DNA of 63,546 nt, filler included, from Atractiella rhizophila (Eukaryota), in assembly GCA_021432655.1 (NCBI GenBank). It is 5 parts of 4 records of this genome, joined end to end, with 100 filler letters (N's around TTAATTAATTAA, not from the genome) between each part and the next. Parts side by side here need not be neighbours in the genome. Positions count along the whole stretch, not along the records: positions 6,156 to 36,507 come from MU271678.1; 4 more parts are not named here. One strand, given 5' to 3'. Shown here one piece after another: positions 13,014 to 25,921 of the stretch (positions are counted from its first letter, which is position 1; the number at the start of each line of letters is the position of its first letter). Both the position numbers and the translations under genes were made by a program. The notes under the pieces were generated by a model. The model did not search any database. It had not been told where the DNA came from and saw nothing but the letters and a program-made list of their open reading frames with translations.

Positions 13014-13216
13014 TCAGAAACTTTAAAGGCGATTAATCATGTGATCTGCCAAGGAGCAGAACGTACAGTGACGAACACGGCCAACGCATTTGTTCAACAA
13101 TCGATCATCTTTCTCAGCATCTTCTCAATGCTCATCAATCTCTCATAAAAGACTGCGTGATCTCTGACGCCTTTCAATCCCATCCAAAGAGTTTGAGGTT
13201 GAAATGAGTCTCCCCA

Positions 13217-15621
13217 ATGCCTAACCGTGACCTTGACTATCGCTGGTATTCACCTCTTCCGCTCACGTCTCCAAAATCAGGAACAGATGAAGACCTCAAC
13301 GCGGGTATCGCGCTCTGTGCCGCTATGGCATATGGGCAAGACGAGGGTTGGGAATATGAAGGATATGTGAGGAATGTTGAGAGGGTGCTAGAGGGAGGAG
13401 GAGGAGTCGGGAAAGGAGGGTGAGTGATCTCGATAAGGGATCTGTGATCTTTCGTTCGTGTGGTTCCTAATGTGTAGGGCATATCCTATGATATTCTTAT
13501 AGTAACTTCTGCCTGCGTTGCAGAAAATCAGGAAAGGACATGTGGATAGCTTCTTTCGTGATTGAACGTTGGAATTTCAGTGAGCTGCATTGCTGCTTGC
13601 TCACCAGCTTCATGGAGCCAACGAGCTATCTACAATCTTAGAGCGTGAGGTTGAGGAGCTGTTCGAGTTTTCCTAGTTGCTGGCTTTAGGGCACAGAGCG
13701 AAATCTTTTGTTGGTGCATAGTATGAGGAAGAGTAGGCGAATGAATTGAATTGTCTTTGTTGATTTTTACAATTATCGCGATCACAATTGGTTTCATGAG
13801 ATGCTCCAACATTCACACTGATCCACTCATTCATTAATCTCTCCAGAGTTTGAACACTAAGTCCACAACTGCTGGACACTCTGTCCACCATTCATAACTT
13901 GTGCCCTGAATCAAAATTGACCTTAACATTTAGCGCAGAATTTGCCATATGCACGACACCCACGTCCTCTATTCGATGTCCTTACCCTCCACAATCTCAC
14001 ACGGACACTCCCTATCTCCTGTCCATTCACAAACGAGCCTACGCTGCATCACGCCAAGTAGTGGCCATGCTAGGTGTTTTGTGGACTACTTGTCTTTACG
14101 AACATGACGATGGGACGAAGGGTCGAAAGGTGGAAGTTGGAAGGGTGATTTGGGTGGCTTGTAGGCAGAATTGGCGGAGGAGCATTGCTGGAGAGATGGG
14201 GCATGATCAGCACATTGTGGAGGTCAGTATTCTTTCTTGTTTCAGTCCTTGCCAATGAAAGAACGCTTTGTTGCTTGAGAAAATAGACACTCTTCAACAT
14301 GCTTAAGGAAAAATCGGTGGCACGTGGAACATCTTACAATATGCTTATCGGACTACCCAATTATTGTACGGTTCACTTCAATCACTTTTCTGAGGAAGCT
14401 GATGCATCCCACAGATCGTCATCATGGATTTGAATACGCATACGATTACGGACCTCTTATGCTCACCCCACTGCCGTTAAAGTCTGCTCACGCTCCCACT
14501 CATGTATTCAGTTCCCGCCTCGCCAAACCCGAGGACAGCTCCATCCTTTCCGCGCTACACGAAGAGCCTGCTAAGCACTCGAAGCAATGGTTTTCTAGTC
14601 CACATGTGCGGGCTATGGTATCTTGGAACCTCGGGATTCGTGATACGGAAGAGTTGCGCGCAATTGAGAAGAAAGAGGATGGAACGCTGGTGCCTACTGA
14701 TAGGATGATGGTACTCATCGTTCTGGAGAAGGAGGGACAAGTCGTAGGGGCTATCGCGATGACTCGTCCTAACCCAGACGAGGCTGAGAAGAGCGTCATG
14801 ATTTCGCGAGTCTCCATCGTCGATCGCTATCTCGCTTCTGCAGCTGAACTCGATGCGCTGGGATCGGAGCTTCTAGAGCATTCCGTTGAATGGGCGAACA
14901 GGTTACTAGTTGAAGAAATAGCTTTTGACCAGGAGCAGACGAAGAGGTACCGCAAGATTCTTGGACATGAAGCCTCTGTAGACGGTGAACATCACCACGC
15001 GCCAAACGGACATCCTGCCCCTCATCCAACCATCAACCATATAATCTGGGGTCTGTCATTGGGTCACCCTTTCGCTGTCTGGCTACGAAATGCCGAGCTA
15101 GCTTTCCCTATCCCCCGCGGTGGTGGTCTCCCTTCTCTCACTACACAGTACGTCGTTCTTTCCATCGTTTCATCGCTAACCTCTGTTAATCAAGATGGGT
15201 GTCCATTCCCTCACTTTTTCTATTCGCCAAATCCCTCGAATCCACCTTCAACGCTCGTCTCGCAAAAACACACATCTTCGACGGGGACGACATCCACGAA
15301 GCGCACTTCCTAAGTCTGCGCATCTGCTCCTGGGACGCCATGCATCCAGGAGTCGAAATCGTCGTTTCAGGACTGAACAAACACGTAGTTTCCATAACCG
15401 AAAAGCACTACAGGAAACACATGCTTCCCTTGCGAGGTTTCGACCACGATAAGGTCAATGTCTTGGCACCTTGGGGAACTCTCATCCAGCTTCTCATGGG
15501 CTACAAATCTTTTCATACCCTCAAAGAACTCGTTCCTGACCTAATCGTGGAGGATAAGGTTCTCCCTCTTTTGCAGGTGTTGTTTCCGGTCAGTGAACCG
15601 GATTGCCATATCTACTTTTGA
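13217..15621 (+). CDS. GNAT-family (Eis-like, bacterial-type) acetyltransferase, 5 exons
   Basis: Exon 1 joins exon 2 in frame across intron 13420..13933. Motifs VEVGRVIWVACRQNWRR, GLPNYYRHHGFEYA and C-terminal LIQLLMGYKSF...LLQVLFP. Confidence 0.7.
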
Positions 15622-16000
15622 GATGTTCCTTGAGTTCCGTGTGCTTTCTGTTTTCGGTTGTTGTTGCCTCTGACTATCGCCTCCAAAGTATTTATCTCGT
15701 CATATCGCTTTCAGAATGATCAATTATCCGTACTCCACTAAGAAGACCAGCTGCGAGGCTTGCAAGAACTGAACCGCTCTCAGTTCTAGCATGGCCTGGA
15801 GTCGCTGCTTCGAGATTGTTAGCTAGTAACTTGGAGTGTAGTATTCCCATCTGACGTGAACGCTACCAGCTCAGCGCTCACGGTTGCACAGTGACTATAG
15901 TGTAGGTAGCTGGAGAGCTAAGTTTTCTATAAATTCACGTACAGAAGGAATGCATACATACACCTATCCTCGCTCAATTTCCCAAGCACACAAAAGACGC

Positions 16001-16587
16001 CTATCGATCATGAACAACATCAAATGCCGTCTCCGCCAAAGTCTTGACCTTCTCATCCGCCTCGCCCTTCTTTAGTCTCTCCAACAAGCTCCTCCACTTG
16101 TCCTCATCCACATTCAAGTCACGGGCGTAGATATCGATTCCCTCAGGTGTAAACAACGTCTTTGAAAAGTACGTAACGGCTATTTCTCCATCGTCTGAAA
16201 GTGCGAGGAGCTGCCAATCCGACGTGAACAGTTTGAGCCAGCCTGTCCCTCTCCTTTGCAACAAAGCGAGTGAGCGGATCCTCTCACCTTTTCTACGGAC
16301 TGTAGGCATGGGTAGAAGACTGACCATTGAAATTTCGCGTGTCCCTCATGCACGACCCTGTCTACACCTCTGACTGTTTTCTTGGTCGTCTCAGGCGGAG
16401 AGGAGAGGGAACTGTGATATTCCACCAAGTCGTCCAATGTGCCATCTGGTAAGACAGTGTAGCTGATGGACACGTTCTTCTTGCTCTTCCACATTGGGAG
16501 AGAGGTGGAAACGACGTGCCATTTCCCTGCAAGTTTGGCGAGGTCTGGGAGAGGTGGAGCTGAGGCGGACGGCGGGTGGATCTCCAT
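16001..16587 (-). CDS. Lipocalin/calycin-like protein, 2 exons
   Basis: Lipocalin GxW motif in LAGKWHVVSTSLPMWK, W-RGTGWLKLFTSDWQLL across one intron, and YFSKTLFTPEGIDIYAR. Confidence 0.75.
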
Positions 16588-16901
16588 GCTCAGAATGTAG
16601 TCTTCCGATATCTCTTCCTGCTATATTCTGCGTGCCTGATATAATAATAATAACTTCGTGAGCTGCAAAACAACGAGCTTGGAGATACAAAGTGGAGTGA
16701 GCGGGCGGAAGTGGCGATTCTTTGCGGAAGCAAATATTTCTGTCGAACAAAACGACGATCCACATTCCATCTGCCTCACCCTCTCAGCCATCCTTCCTCA
16801 GCCACTCACCTCGCCATCCATAAAACGAGAACGCAGGCCATTCTCTTCACACCCACCAGCACAAGCCACACCACAACCACCCACAACACACTCATCCCAA
16901 C

Positions 16902-18026
16902 ATGTCATCAGCACAACCACAGACTTCCCTCCCGCCAGCCCCCTTCGCAGCCGCCCGTGACGCCATCCGTCTCTCCCTCCCTTCGCCCGCTTCGAACGCT
17001 GCTTCCCTCGATACCATCACCGAAACGCCCCCCGATACTCCTAGCACCCTCGTCGATCGACCGACTTTAGACTTTGGTGCAGTCAAGACCGTCTTTGAAG
17101 ACGCGAGCAATTTTACGCATAAGCATCCGCTTTATTCTAGGTTTGTGTTTCCCCTTTGTTCGTGAGAAGTTTGAGGTAGGTATGCGTTGTATTGATTGTG
17201 GGTGGATGGACAGGTGGACCCTTTTCTTCGATAATGCTTCTAAGGCCGATAAGGCCAAAGATTGGAACGAGAGTTTACAAAGAGTCATTGACTTTGACAG
17301 CGTCGAAGAATTCTGGGGGTTTGTTCTCCGTCCTCTACAGGTCTTCCGTTGCTAATATTGCTCTCTCAACTAGTCTCTATAACAACATTGTCCCTCCAAC
17401 ACATATGCCGACCAACTCAAACTACTATCTCTTCAGTGGGTCCCTTTCCCCTCCCCGATAATATATTAATGTTTCTTGCGTGCCAGAAAATGGCATCCAT
17501 CCATCATGGGAAGATGACCAAAATTCAAATGGCGGCAAGTGGAGCGTACAGTTACCAAAAGAGAAGAACAAGGAGGGGATCGACAGATTCTGGTTATACA
17601 CCGTGCGTTCTTCCCTCCTTCCTCGCTTGTCACTTTATGAAAATGAACTAAAGTAATGCTGCCTATCTTTGGCCACAGATGTTAGCCGCAATCGGCGAAA
17701 TTTTCGAGACCCCATACAACCCTCCCGCGTCCCCAAAACCCTCAGCCGGCTCTCCTTCCTCTCCTTCCTCCCCGCCTCTATCCTTCACCGACCAAGTGAC
17801 AGGCGCGATCGTTTCGTCACGCAAAGCCTTCTACAGGATCAGCATCTGGACGCGGGGAGCGTCGAGGGAGGAGGTGGAGAACGTGGGGAGACACTTCAAG
17901 TATGGAGTCTTGGGTTTCTCCCCTGGAAAACAGATGGGAGGGAAGGGTCTGGCTAGTGATGTCGAGTTTGGGAGCCATAAGGAGAGCATGAGGAAGGGGA
18001 AGGGCGGAAGCACTTTCACTGTTTGA
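16902..18026 (+). CDS. CDC33: Cap-binding translation initiation factor eIF4E, 5 exons
   Basis: KHPLYSRWTLFFD, SVEEFWGLYNNI, HPSWED...NGGKW and RISIWTR. Confidence 0.93.
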
Positions 18027-18469
18027 GTTTGTCGATGGTGGAGATCGTTGATCGTTGCCTCGTTGAGGTGGAGCGCGGAGGATTGAGGGTTGAGGGTTGG
18101 AGGAGGATGGAGTGGAGAGGATGTGGATGGAGTGTTGTGTATGATGATTGTGTTTGAGTGAGATTATCTATTGTCGGGAGCTAAGAGCAGCTGCTTTGAT
18201 GAATACTACTACATCCGTTTGTCGTTCTATGTGAAGATGGCACGCTTGATTCCACACAGTACCTGAAGCTACCCTGAATTTACTCTTTACAACAAGTTGC
18301 AACTTGCAAGCAGAATTTGACCTGCGTCATCTGCTAAAAATGCTGCGCTGCGAAACAGAACATGTCACCGTCTTGCACAAACCTTTCACGCTGAGAAATA
18401 GCCAGCTTCCGACTTCACCACACCTCAAACTTCTCTTCCATCAACACACCAACAGCTTGAGCATCCAGC

Positions 18470-20992
18470 ATGCTTCGTACCTCCCTCCTGCGCACTTCCG
18501 GTCGAGCGGGACGGACAGCTCGGGGTTTTTCGTCGACGGCGAAGGCTCGAGCAGAGATTGAACTGGAGGTGGATGGGAAGAAGGTGAAAATCGAGCAGGG
18601 TAGCGCGCTCATACAGGTCCGTCTTCTTCTTCTTCCCTAGCATAGGTACAGAGGGGACGGGACTTGATTTTGGTTGGAGTAGGCTTGTGAGAAGGCGGGA
18701 AGTAGTGTGCCGAGGTTTTGTTATCATGATAGACTTAACAGTTCGTTTTTGCATCTCCCTCTTCTCAACTGAGCTTGGGCTGATGGGTGGAATGGGTAGT
18801 GCAAGTTTCTCCTCATTTTGGTTTGAAGGGATGAATGTCTTATCCTGCTCACTGCAGTGCTGGTAACTGTCGTATGTGCCTGGTGGAGGTTGAACGAGCA
18901 CCAAAACCAATAGCGTCTTGTGCACAACCCGCCATGTAGGCTCCTCTCTCTTCATCTTTACTGTCTAATGTAGGTATGAACCATAGGCCGGGTTCAAAGG
19001 TGTGGACAAACACACCTCTCGTACACAAAGCACGGGAAGGAGTGATGGAGTTCCTTCTTATGAACCACCCTCTCGACTGTCCCATTTGTGACCAAGGAGG
19101 GGAATGCGATCTTCAGGACCAGTCTATGCGGTACGGCGCGGACAGGGGAAGGTTCCATGAGGTGGAAGGGAAGCGAGCGGTGGAGAATAAGAATTTTGGA
19201 CCGTTAGTGAAGACTATCATGAACCGTTGCATTCACTGCACCCGTTGCGTGCGCTTCGCCAACGACGTTGCTGGTATCGACGATTTGGGAACTTCGGGTC
19301 GAGGCAACGATATGCAAATCGGGACGTATGTGGAGAAGACGCTGAATAGTGAGATGTCTGGAAATATTGCCGACCTTTGTCCCGTCGGAGCCCTCACTCA
19401 CAAGCCTTATTCCTTCACCAATCGTCCTTGGGAACTGAAGAAGACGGAATCCGTCGACGTCCTAGATGCTGTCGGAAGCAATATCCGTATCGACTCCTAC
19501 GCCAATGTCGTCAAGAGGGTGCAGCCGAAGACGAACGACTTTGTCAATGAAGAGTGGATCAATGACAAAACTCGGTACTCTTATGACGCGCTCACCATTC
19601 AACGTCTTACAACACCTCTTGTCAAGAAGGGCAACAAACTTGTCCCTGCTTCTTGGCCAGAAGCTCTGGCGTCGGTCGCTCAAGGTCTTCGTCTATCGAA
19701 TGCGAAGGGTGACGAAATCAAAGCGGTCGCCGGTGGATTGGCGGATACAGAATCCCTGGTCGTCCTCAAGGATCTTATCAATACTCTGGGCTCTGAGAAC
19801 GTTGCTCTCGACGGACCTCAAGGCGACCATCCCCCTGCTCATGGTGTTGACTTCCGTTCCAACTACTCCTTCAACACGACCATTGCAGGAGTCGAGCATG
19901 CGGACTACGTTCTTCTCATCGGTACAAATCCCCGGCACGAGGCTGCGATTATCAATTCGAGACTGAGGAAGAGCTATCTGAACCATTCTGCCGATTTCGC
20001 AGTCATTGGAGAGGACTTCAACTCCATCTTCCAGTACGAGAAGCTCGGGACCGACGTCCAAGCGGTCAAGGATTTCTTCGATCCGAAGAAAGGAGTGAAG
20101 ACTGCATTTGGACAGGCATTTAGGAACGCGAAGAAACCGTTAATCATCCTTGGATCCGGAATCACCGAACATGGACAATCGGCAGAGGTCTTTGCTGCCG
20201 TCGCAAAATACGTCGACGGTCACAAAGAACAATTTATGACTCCAGAGTGGAAGGGACTCTCATTCCTCCAGCGTCTCGCCTCCCGTACCGCTGCCTACGA
20301 TATCGGTTTCGTTCCCACCCCCTCCAGCGCATCCGTGACCCCAAAATTCATCTACCTCCTTAACTCGGACGACTTCGACCCCAAGTCCATCCCTAAAGAC
20401 GCTTTCGTAGTCTATCAAGGACACCATGGTGATCAAGGAGCATCCTATGCCGATGTCGTCCTCCCTGGAGCAGCGTACACTGAAAAGGCAGCAACATGGG
20501 TCAACACTGAAGGTCGTACCCAACTAGGTCGTGTGGCTGTGACCCCACCTGGAGCCAGCCGGGAGGATTGGAAGATTATTCGGGCTTTGGGTGAAGTCTT
20601 GGGAGTCCAGCTGCCGTATGATGACACCCGTGGTGTCCATGAGAGGATGTGGCAGATCTCGCCGACCCTCATTAGGTGGGATGATCTCGAACCTGCTAGT
20701 GAGGTCGCAGTAGCGCAGGGTGTCAAGGCACTATCCTCCGGTGTTGCGGCGAAGAATTTGAAGCTGACTGGTGGGCGGACGGGACCTTTCCCCAAAGTAG
20801 TCGAAAACTTCTACGCGACCGATGTCATCAGTCGAACGTGAGTTATCATATTCCCTTTCTCAATTTTAGTTTGTGTTATGGAGGAGTACTAATGCTACTT
20901 CGCGTGATAGGTCCATTATCATGTCTCAATGCACAAAAGCCTTCGTAGAGCAGGTCCCCTTCGATAATTCGGAGCATCAGGTTGATGCTTAA
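18470..20992 (+). CDS. NDUFS1: NADH:ubiquinone oxidoreductase 75-kDa Fe-S subunit (complex I), including a predicted 1-nt exon at 18800
   Basis: Mitochondrial presequence, [46 protein letters not shown] and DLCPVGAL. Stop at 20990-20992. Confidence 0.97.
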
Positions 20993-21302
20993 CTTGGCTG
21001 CCTTTCATTCCCTCTCACCTTTGCTCTTGCTTGCATTGTGGCAGTAAATAGTACGTTCAAATCAAGTTATTATTGCAATCAACACAATTACATGGATGGA
21101 ATATCAAGATGGTATGAGAAGTCATACGCCACAAAGGATGAATTGAAGAGCGGGGATTAGTGGATGAGATTCTACCTTCATGACACAACAGTTACTTTGG
21201 ACATTTTCGATATTCACATGCGGCCCTTGGGACTCATGACCTCATTCTTCAACGAGCCCCAGTGCGTGTTGCAATCGCAAAGTCAGACAGACCCATGGAG
21301 CT

Positions 21303-22780
21303 TCAGTCGAGTTCATCTTTGAGGCCATTGTCTAGAGACGGTTTTTGATCAGGGAGATCCTTATAGCCCCAGTTGACCCCAATGCGAAGAACCACCTTTC
21401 GATCTGGGTCACGCCATTCCCGCTGGGCAGCCCTGATCATTTGGTCCACTTCGTCTCGTGGAACTGCTCCTCGAAGGGTATAGCGGTAGTTGTAGGCCAA
21501 CACGTTAGCTAACCGTTCGCCGTCTACTCCCCCAGATGTACCGACAGCTGGAGTCTCATTAGCCTCACTGTTTGGACAGATCAGATGAAGCACGGACAAA
21601 GGTCCAGAATTTGCGTCCGAACATTACACCACCCCTGGCTGACCATTATCCGGCTAATTTCGTCCCCAATGTCCCATCTAGCGTCTCGAATGCGTCCTGC
21701 TCGTCTGGGGATCAATATCAGCGATGCTCCATAAAGAAGCGCAAGATGGTTCACTTATTAGCCTCTTCCATCAATCTTGTGTGATCCCCCATGGTAGCAT
21801 TTGGGCTTTCGAGTCCAACATCCTCGATGAAACATGCCATTCCCCCTGGCAAGAGGACATCGTACGCTGTTTGCACTAGATCGCTATATCGCTTAATCTA
21901 CAGGGTTGTTAGTTCTCCATCGACAGGGGAAAGCGAAACCATACTCCTGAAGCTATTCGTCGCACATGAACGAACTCATAATCGTTCCGTAGACCTTCTG
22001 GACGATTTGCATCATTAATCTATACAGATTCAGTGACCTGTGACAAGGAGGCAAGTGGGCACACTTCGAAAGTAATCATGTGGCTTCTGGATCCGAGAGC
22101 CAAGTTGGCAACGTCAAAGCCATCGAAATGGGTGAGAGGAAAGAGAGGATTCATTTCCGCCATCCTGCATCCTCACTTCAGTTACGTTGCGCCTCTCTGG
22201 CTCTGGGACGCACCACCGGCCGTTCCCACAGCCCATGTCAAGCCTTTACATCAGGTTAGAGTGATTCATGTTTAAGAAGAACCTTACACCCTGCAGGGTC
22301 CTTGCACAATGTCATGCTCCTCGTTTTGCGCTATGGTTGCATCAGAAAAGTTTGGGAACTATTGAACTGTACCTCCAAGATCGCGCAGGCGCAATAGAGG
22401 GTGAAAGTTGGAACCTCCCATCGCACTCTTCAACAACGAATGGATTGTATCAAGGCTGATGGAAACTTCAAGCCGTATAGTCGAGGAAGCTGAAGGACTT
22501 ACTGGTCCAATGCCATCTGTTCATTCTGACAAACTTCTCAATTAAACCCTCATCACCATGGAACGCCTACAGGTAGGGGGTACGGCACATCAACCATGGA
22601 GTGAAATCTTGTTCCCTCATCATCTGTTTTGAACAACTCACTGAACGCCGAAAACCACAATAAGGGAGCTGGAGCCAGCTGCTTGGAAATTGGGACCACT
22701 CACTCCCCAGATATCAACTCCAGTCGTTCTGCCCATGGAGACGAATTTGGCACAAAATAACTTCCTTCCGACGTCGCCAT
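21303..22780 (-). CDS. Class I SAM-dependent methyltransferase (LaeA-like/UMTA-type), about 10 short exons
   Basis: Hand-spliced with GT-AG introns: MATSEG...RFHSMVDVPYPLP-NEQMALDHLDTIH...RV-LDMGCGNGRW...FDGFDV...YEFVHVRRIASG-IKRYSDLVQTAYDVLLPGG...VNWGYK. Only the end exons appear in the ORF track. Confidence 0.8.
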
Positions 22781-23884
22781 TACTGAAAGAGGGCTGAATA
22801 GAGGAGACAGATCGATGAACCAGCCACCCAGATTTATAGGTCCCCAGCAGTTTGTGAGAAGGTTCGGAAAATGATCCCGCCGAAGAACCTTCCAATACGA
22901 AACATCAAAATTGGGTTTGTCGAGATTGGTGTTACATTCGGCCTGTATTTTACTTTTGAATCCGCACAGACGTATTACCAAAGTTATAGTTGTAAAGCAG
23001 ATAGAGAAACGCAAAATCGATGCGTGTTGTTATGGAGCGCGAGCGACGAACTATGTGTAAATGATTGCAAAGGAAAAGGTTGTGCCTAAAGTTGAACACT
23101 TGAACCTTGAGGATTTGATGAAGCAGGAGACCCTTTTGTTCCCTGAGATCGTCGTCGAGATCAAGATGAACAGCATGATTTTCTACAGGATCTCGTCCGA
23201 TCTAGCTGCCAAATAGGTCAGGCGCAATTATCAGGCGGAGGAGCTGAGTTGTTTCGAAGACTTGTTCTAATCTGAACCGATAAGCTCCTTCATCTTCAGT
23301 TTCTCAGCTCAGCTCAACACGATTGAGTGCAACTCTCTACGTCCTGTCTTCCCTCACACTCTTCATCCGCCATTCCATCGTCAGGTAGGACTTTGTTCTT
23401 GCTTTGTCTCATACAGCCTCCGAACGCTGTCTCTTATTAATGTGCATTCCACTTGCTCGGAGCAGTTTGGGCTCTGACCAAAAGTGATGAAGCATGCAGA
23501 ACCATGTATTCTCAATCCGAGCAGTTGAAAGTATGCTACACATTCATAACACGTCATAATCCAGGTCGAAACGAAACGCACTTCCGAAGTGCCAGAACAA
23601 TCCAGGAGCCATCGATGACGGACATCCGTGCAACCAAATCAAAGGGGTTTGTGGCTCCAGGTCAACCCAAACCGAAAGATATTCAATCCAACCTCGTTCG
23701 ACGCGGACTGGACGAAATCTTTCGATCAGATCCCAACGCCACGAACGATCGAAAGAACACTAAAGTTGTGAATAAACAGCAAACAAATCCAAAGAAATCG
23801 AAAAGAATCCCTAACAATGACAATAGCATGATGTGCCCACCTCCTTCCATCCATCTCTGCACTTACTTTCCACCGCCTTGCGGT

Positions 23885-25677
23885 TCAGCGCCCGTTCTTC
23901 TTCCAAGCCTGCCATCCTGCGCTCCCTCCTCCAGATTTCTTTGGCACCTTTGGTGTCTTTGGCATTTTAGGTTTCCCACCCATGGTGGGACCTTCGAGGA
24001 GAGATTCGACAGTATCTATGTCCATCGCGTCTCCCAAGGGACGGGAGGCAGAGGTAGATACAGGGGGCTTGTTGAGCGGTTTGAAGGACCCGAAGGAGGT
24101 TTTGATGGCGGGAGGAGGTGGTGGATTGTGATCAGGAGGTGGAGGGTTGTGGCCAGGAGGAGGAGGTGGAGGGTTGTGACCAGGAGGAGGGTTGGACGGA
24201 GGAGCTGGAGCGAAGGTGGTCAGGGTTGTTGTCGCCAGAGTGTGTGCAGAGCTGGAAGGTGGCGAGCCAATGATACCTGCAGAATCAAGGTCGAGCTTCT
24301 TGTACCCCGAGGACTGGAATGCTGGAGCACCGAAAGCATTGGTTGCCAGTTTGGGAGGAGAAGCAGTATTTGGGTTGGCTGCACCAGCTGGGGGCATTAG
24401 CTAGATTCGAGAGCGAAGCAACACACACGGACCAGTACCAATAGATTTGAAGCCTCCAGAACCGACAGCCTTAAATCCCCCAGCGCCACCACCACCACTT
24501 TCCAAAGGCTTAGACCCCCCTCCACCTCCTCCCCCCATTGGCTTAAATCCTCCACCTGACCCGAGGGACTTAAACCCGCCACCACCACCACTTGAGGCAC
24601 CGACAGGAACAGGAATAGGGATAGGGGAGGGTTTCACAGGTGCACCTGAAACTCCACCTCCAGCTGATCCCATTAATTTGGCCAATTCCCGCTCTTCCCG
24701 CTTTCTTTCTTTCTCGCGTTTTTTCGCTAGCTCGCCTGTGGCTGCGGCCTACAAAAATGAGGAAAGGTCAACAAGAGCACGAAGACTGGTGTTTGGAAAT
24801 TGAGGAGGAAGGACAGACCTTTGCCCTTTCTGCGCGCTTCATATCTGCAAAGCGTACCTTGTGGTGATGGTCGTATGAGTTGAGATGCTCGTTGTACTGC
24901 GAAACGTTCTTGTAACTTCACAAGGCAAAACATCGGCATGAGGAACTAGAGAAGGAGAAGATTGACGCACCCTTTGTCACATTCTTCGCAGTAGAAGGCT
25001 TTGAGAGTATTTTGTATCTCTTGTTTCACCTCTTCTTTCTTCCTTACTCCTTCCTGCATCCGACCAATCAACTTGATCAGGAAGTCACCTTATGAAACGA
25101 TGAAGGAAGGACTTGCCTCCCTCTTCTTTCGCTGATCCTCGTCCTCTAATGCCTGCTTTTCACTCTCCAGATCCCTTCTCTTAAACACGCTCTCAGACAG
25201 CATGCGCGCATCCAGAGTTGCTTTTCCTAGTCCCATAAACCCTGGATTGGGATTATGAGGGATAGGATCAACACGTCCTGAAAGCCATCACAGTCAACCT
25301 TTCTCCGCCTATGGGGATAAAAAGAGCTGAGTACCCTGCTGCTTCGCTCCTAATCCATGTCCTTGAGACCACCCCATCTTCATCAACATTTGCATCCCCA
25401 CATTTCCCTCCGTCAACCTCGTCTCAGTCGTGACTTTGACAGATGCAATCTGGTTGTCCAACAACACCCTTGCTGCAGCGGCGCTCGCATCCTCGGCATC
25501 TGAGGAGAGGATGGAGCCATAGGAAGAGTCGGAGGAGATGGAAGATGTGCGAGAGCGTGGGCGCTAGAAAGAACGGGAAGTAATGCGACGTGGATTGAGG
25601 GAGAGCACTACTAGTACCTTGACGCCTATGCTGCTTCCGTTTTGGGTGGAAGAAGAGGGAGGTGGATGGTATGGCAT
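23885..25677 (-). CDS. G-patch domain + C2H2 zinc-finger protein with Gly- and Pro-rich tail
   Basis: G-patch NVGMQMLMKMGWSQGHGLG, zinc finger FYCEECDKGY...EHLNSYDHHH, GGGGFK repeats and PPPPGHNPPPP repeats. GC-AG intron 25054..25116. Confidence 0.8.
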
Positions 25678-25921
25678 TGTGATGTCCCCCTTTCCTTGAA
25701 GGGTGTTGGCAAGGTATTCGCAGATGGTGGTTTGAGTTGTTGCTGAACTTGCCCCCAATCCTTGAACTGGTCCAACCCCTCAAGATACGTCTCCACATTT
25801 CAAAGCTCAACTTTCCAAACAGCTACACAGATTCTACCTCCATATTTCATATTTCTATCTAGGACACAGTCTACGGACACTGTTGGTAGTAACTGAACGC
25901 TTGCAACAGGCATAGTGGACC

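Noticed and set aside
23100..23230. Possible F-box remnant on the minus strand (SDEIL*KIML)
   Set aside because: Too short and interrupted by a stop, so indistinguishable from chance.
24100..24600. GGAGGAGGTGG-type and CCACCACC repeats
   Set aside because: They encode Pro- and Gly-rich tracts of the G-patch protein. Not a repeat array or CRISPR.
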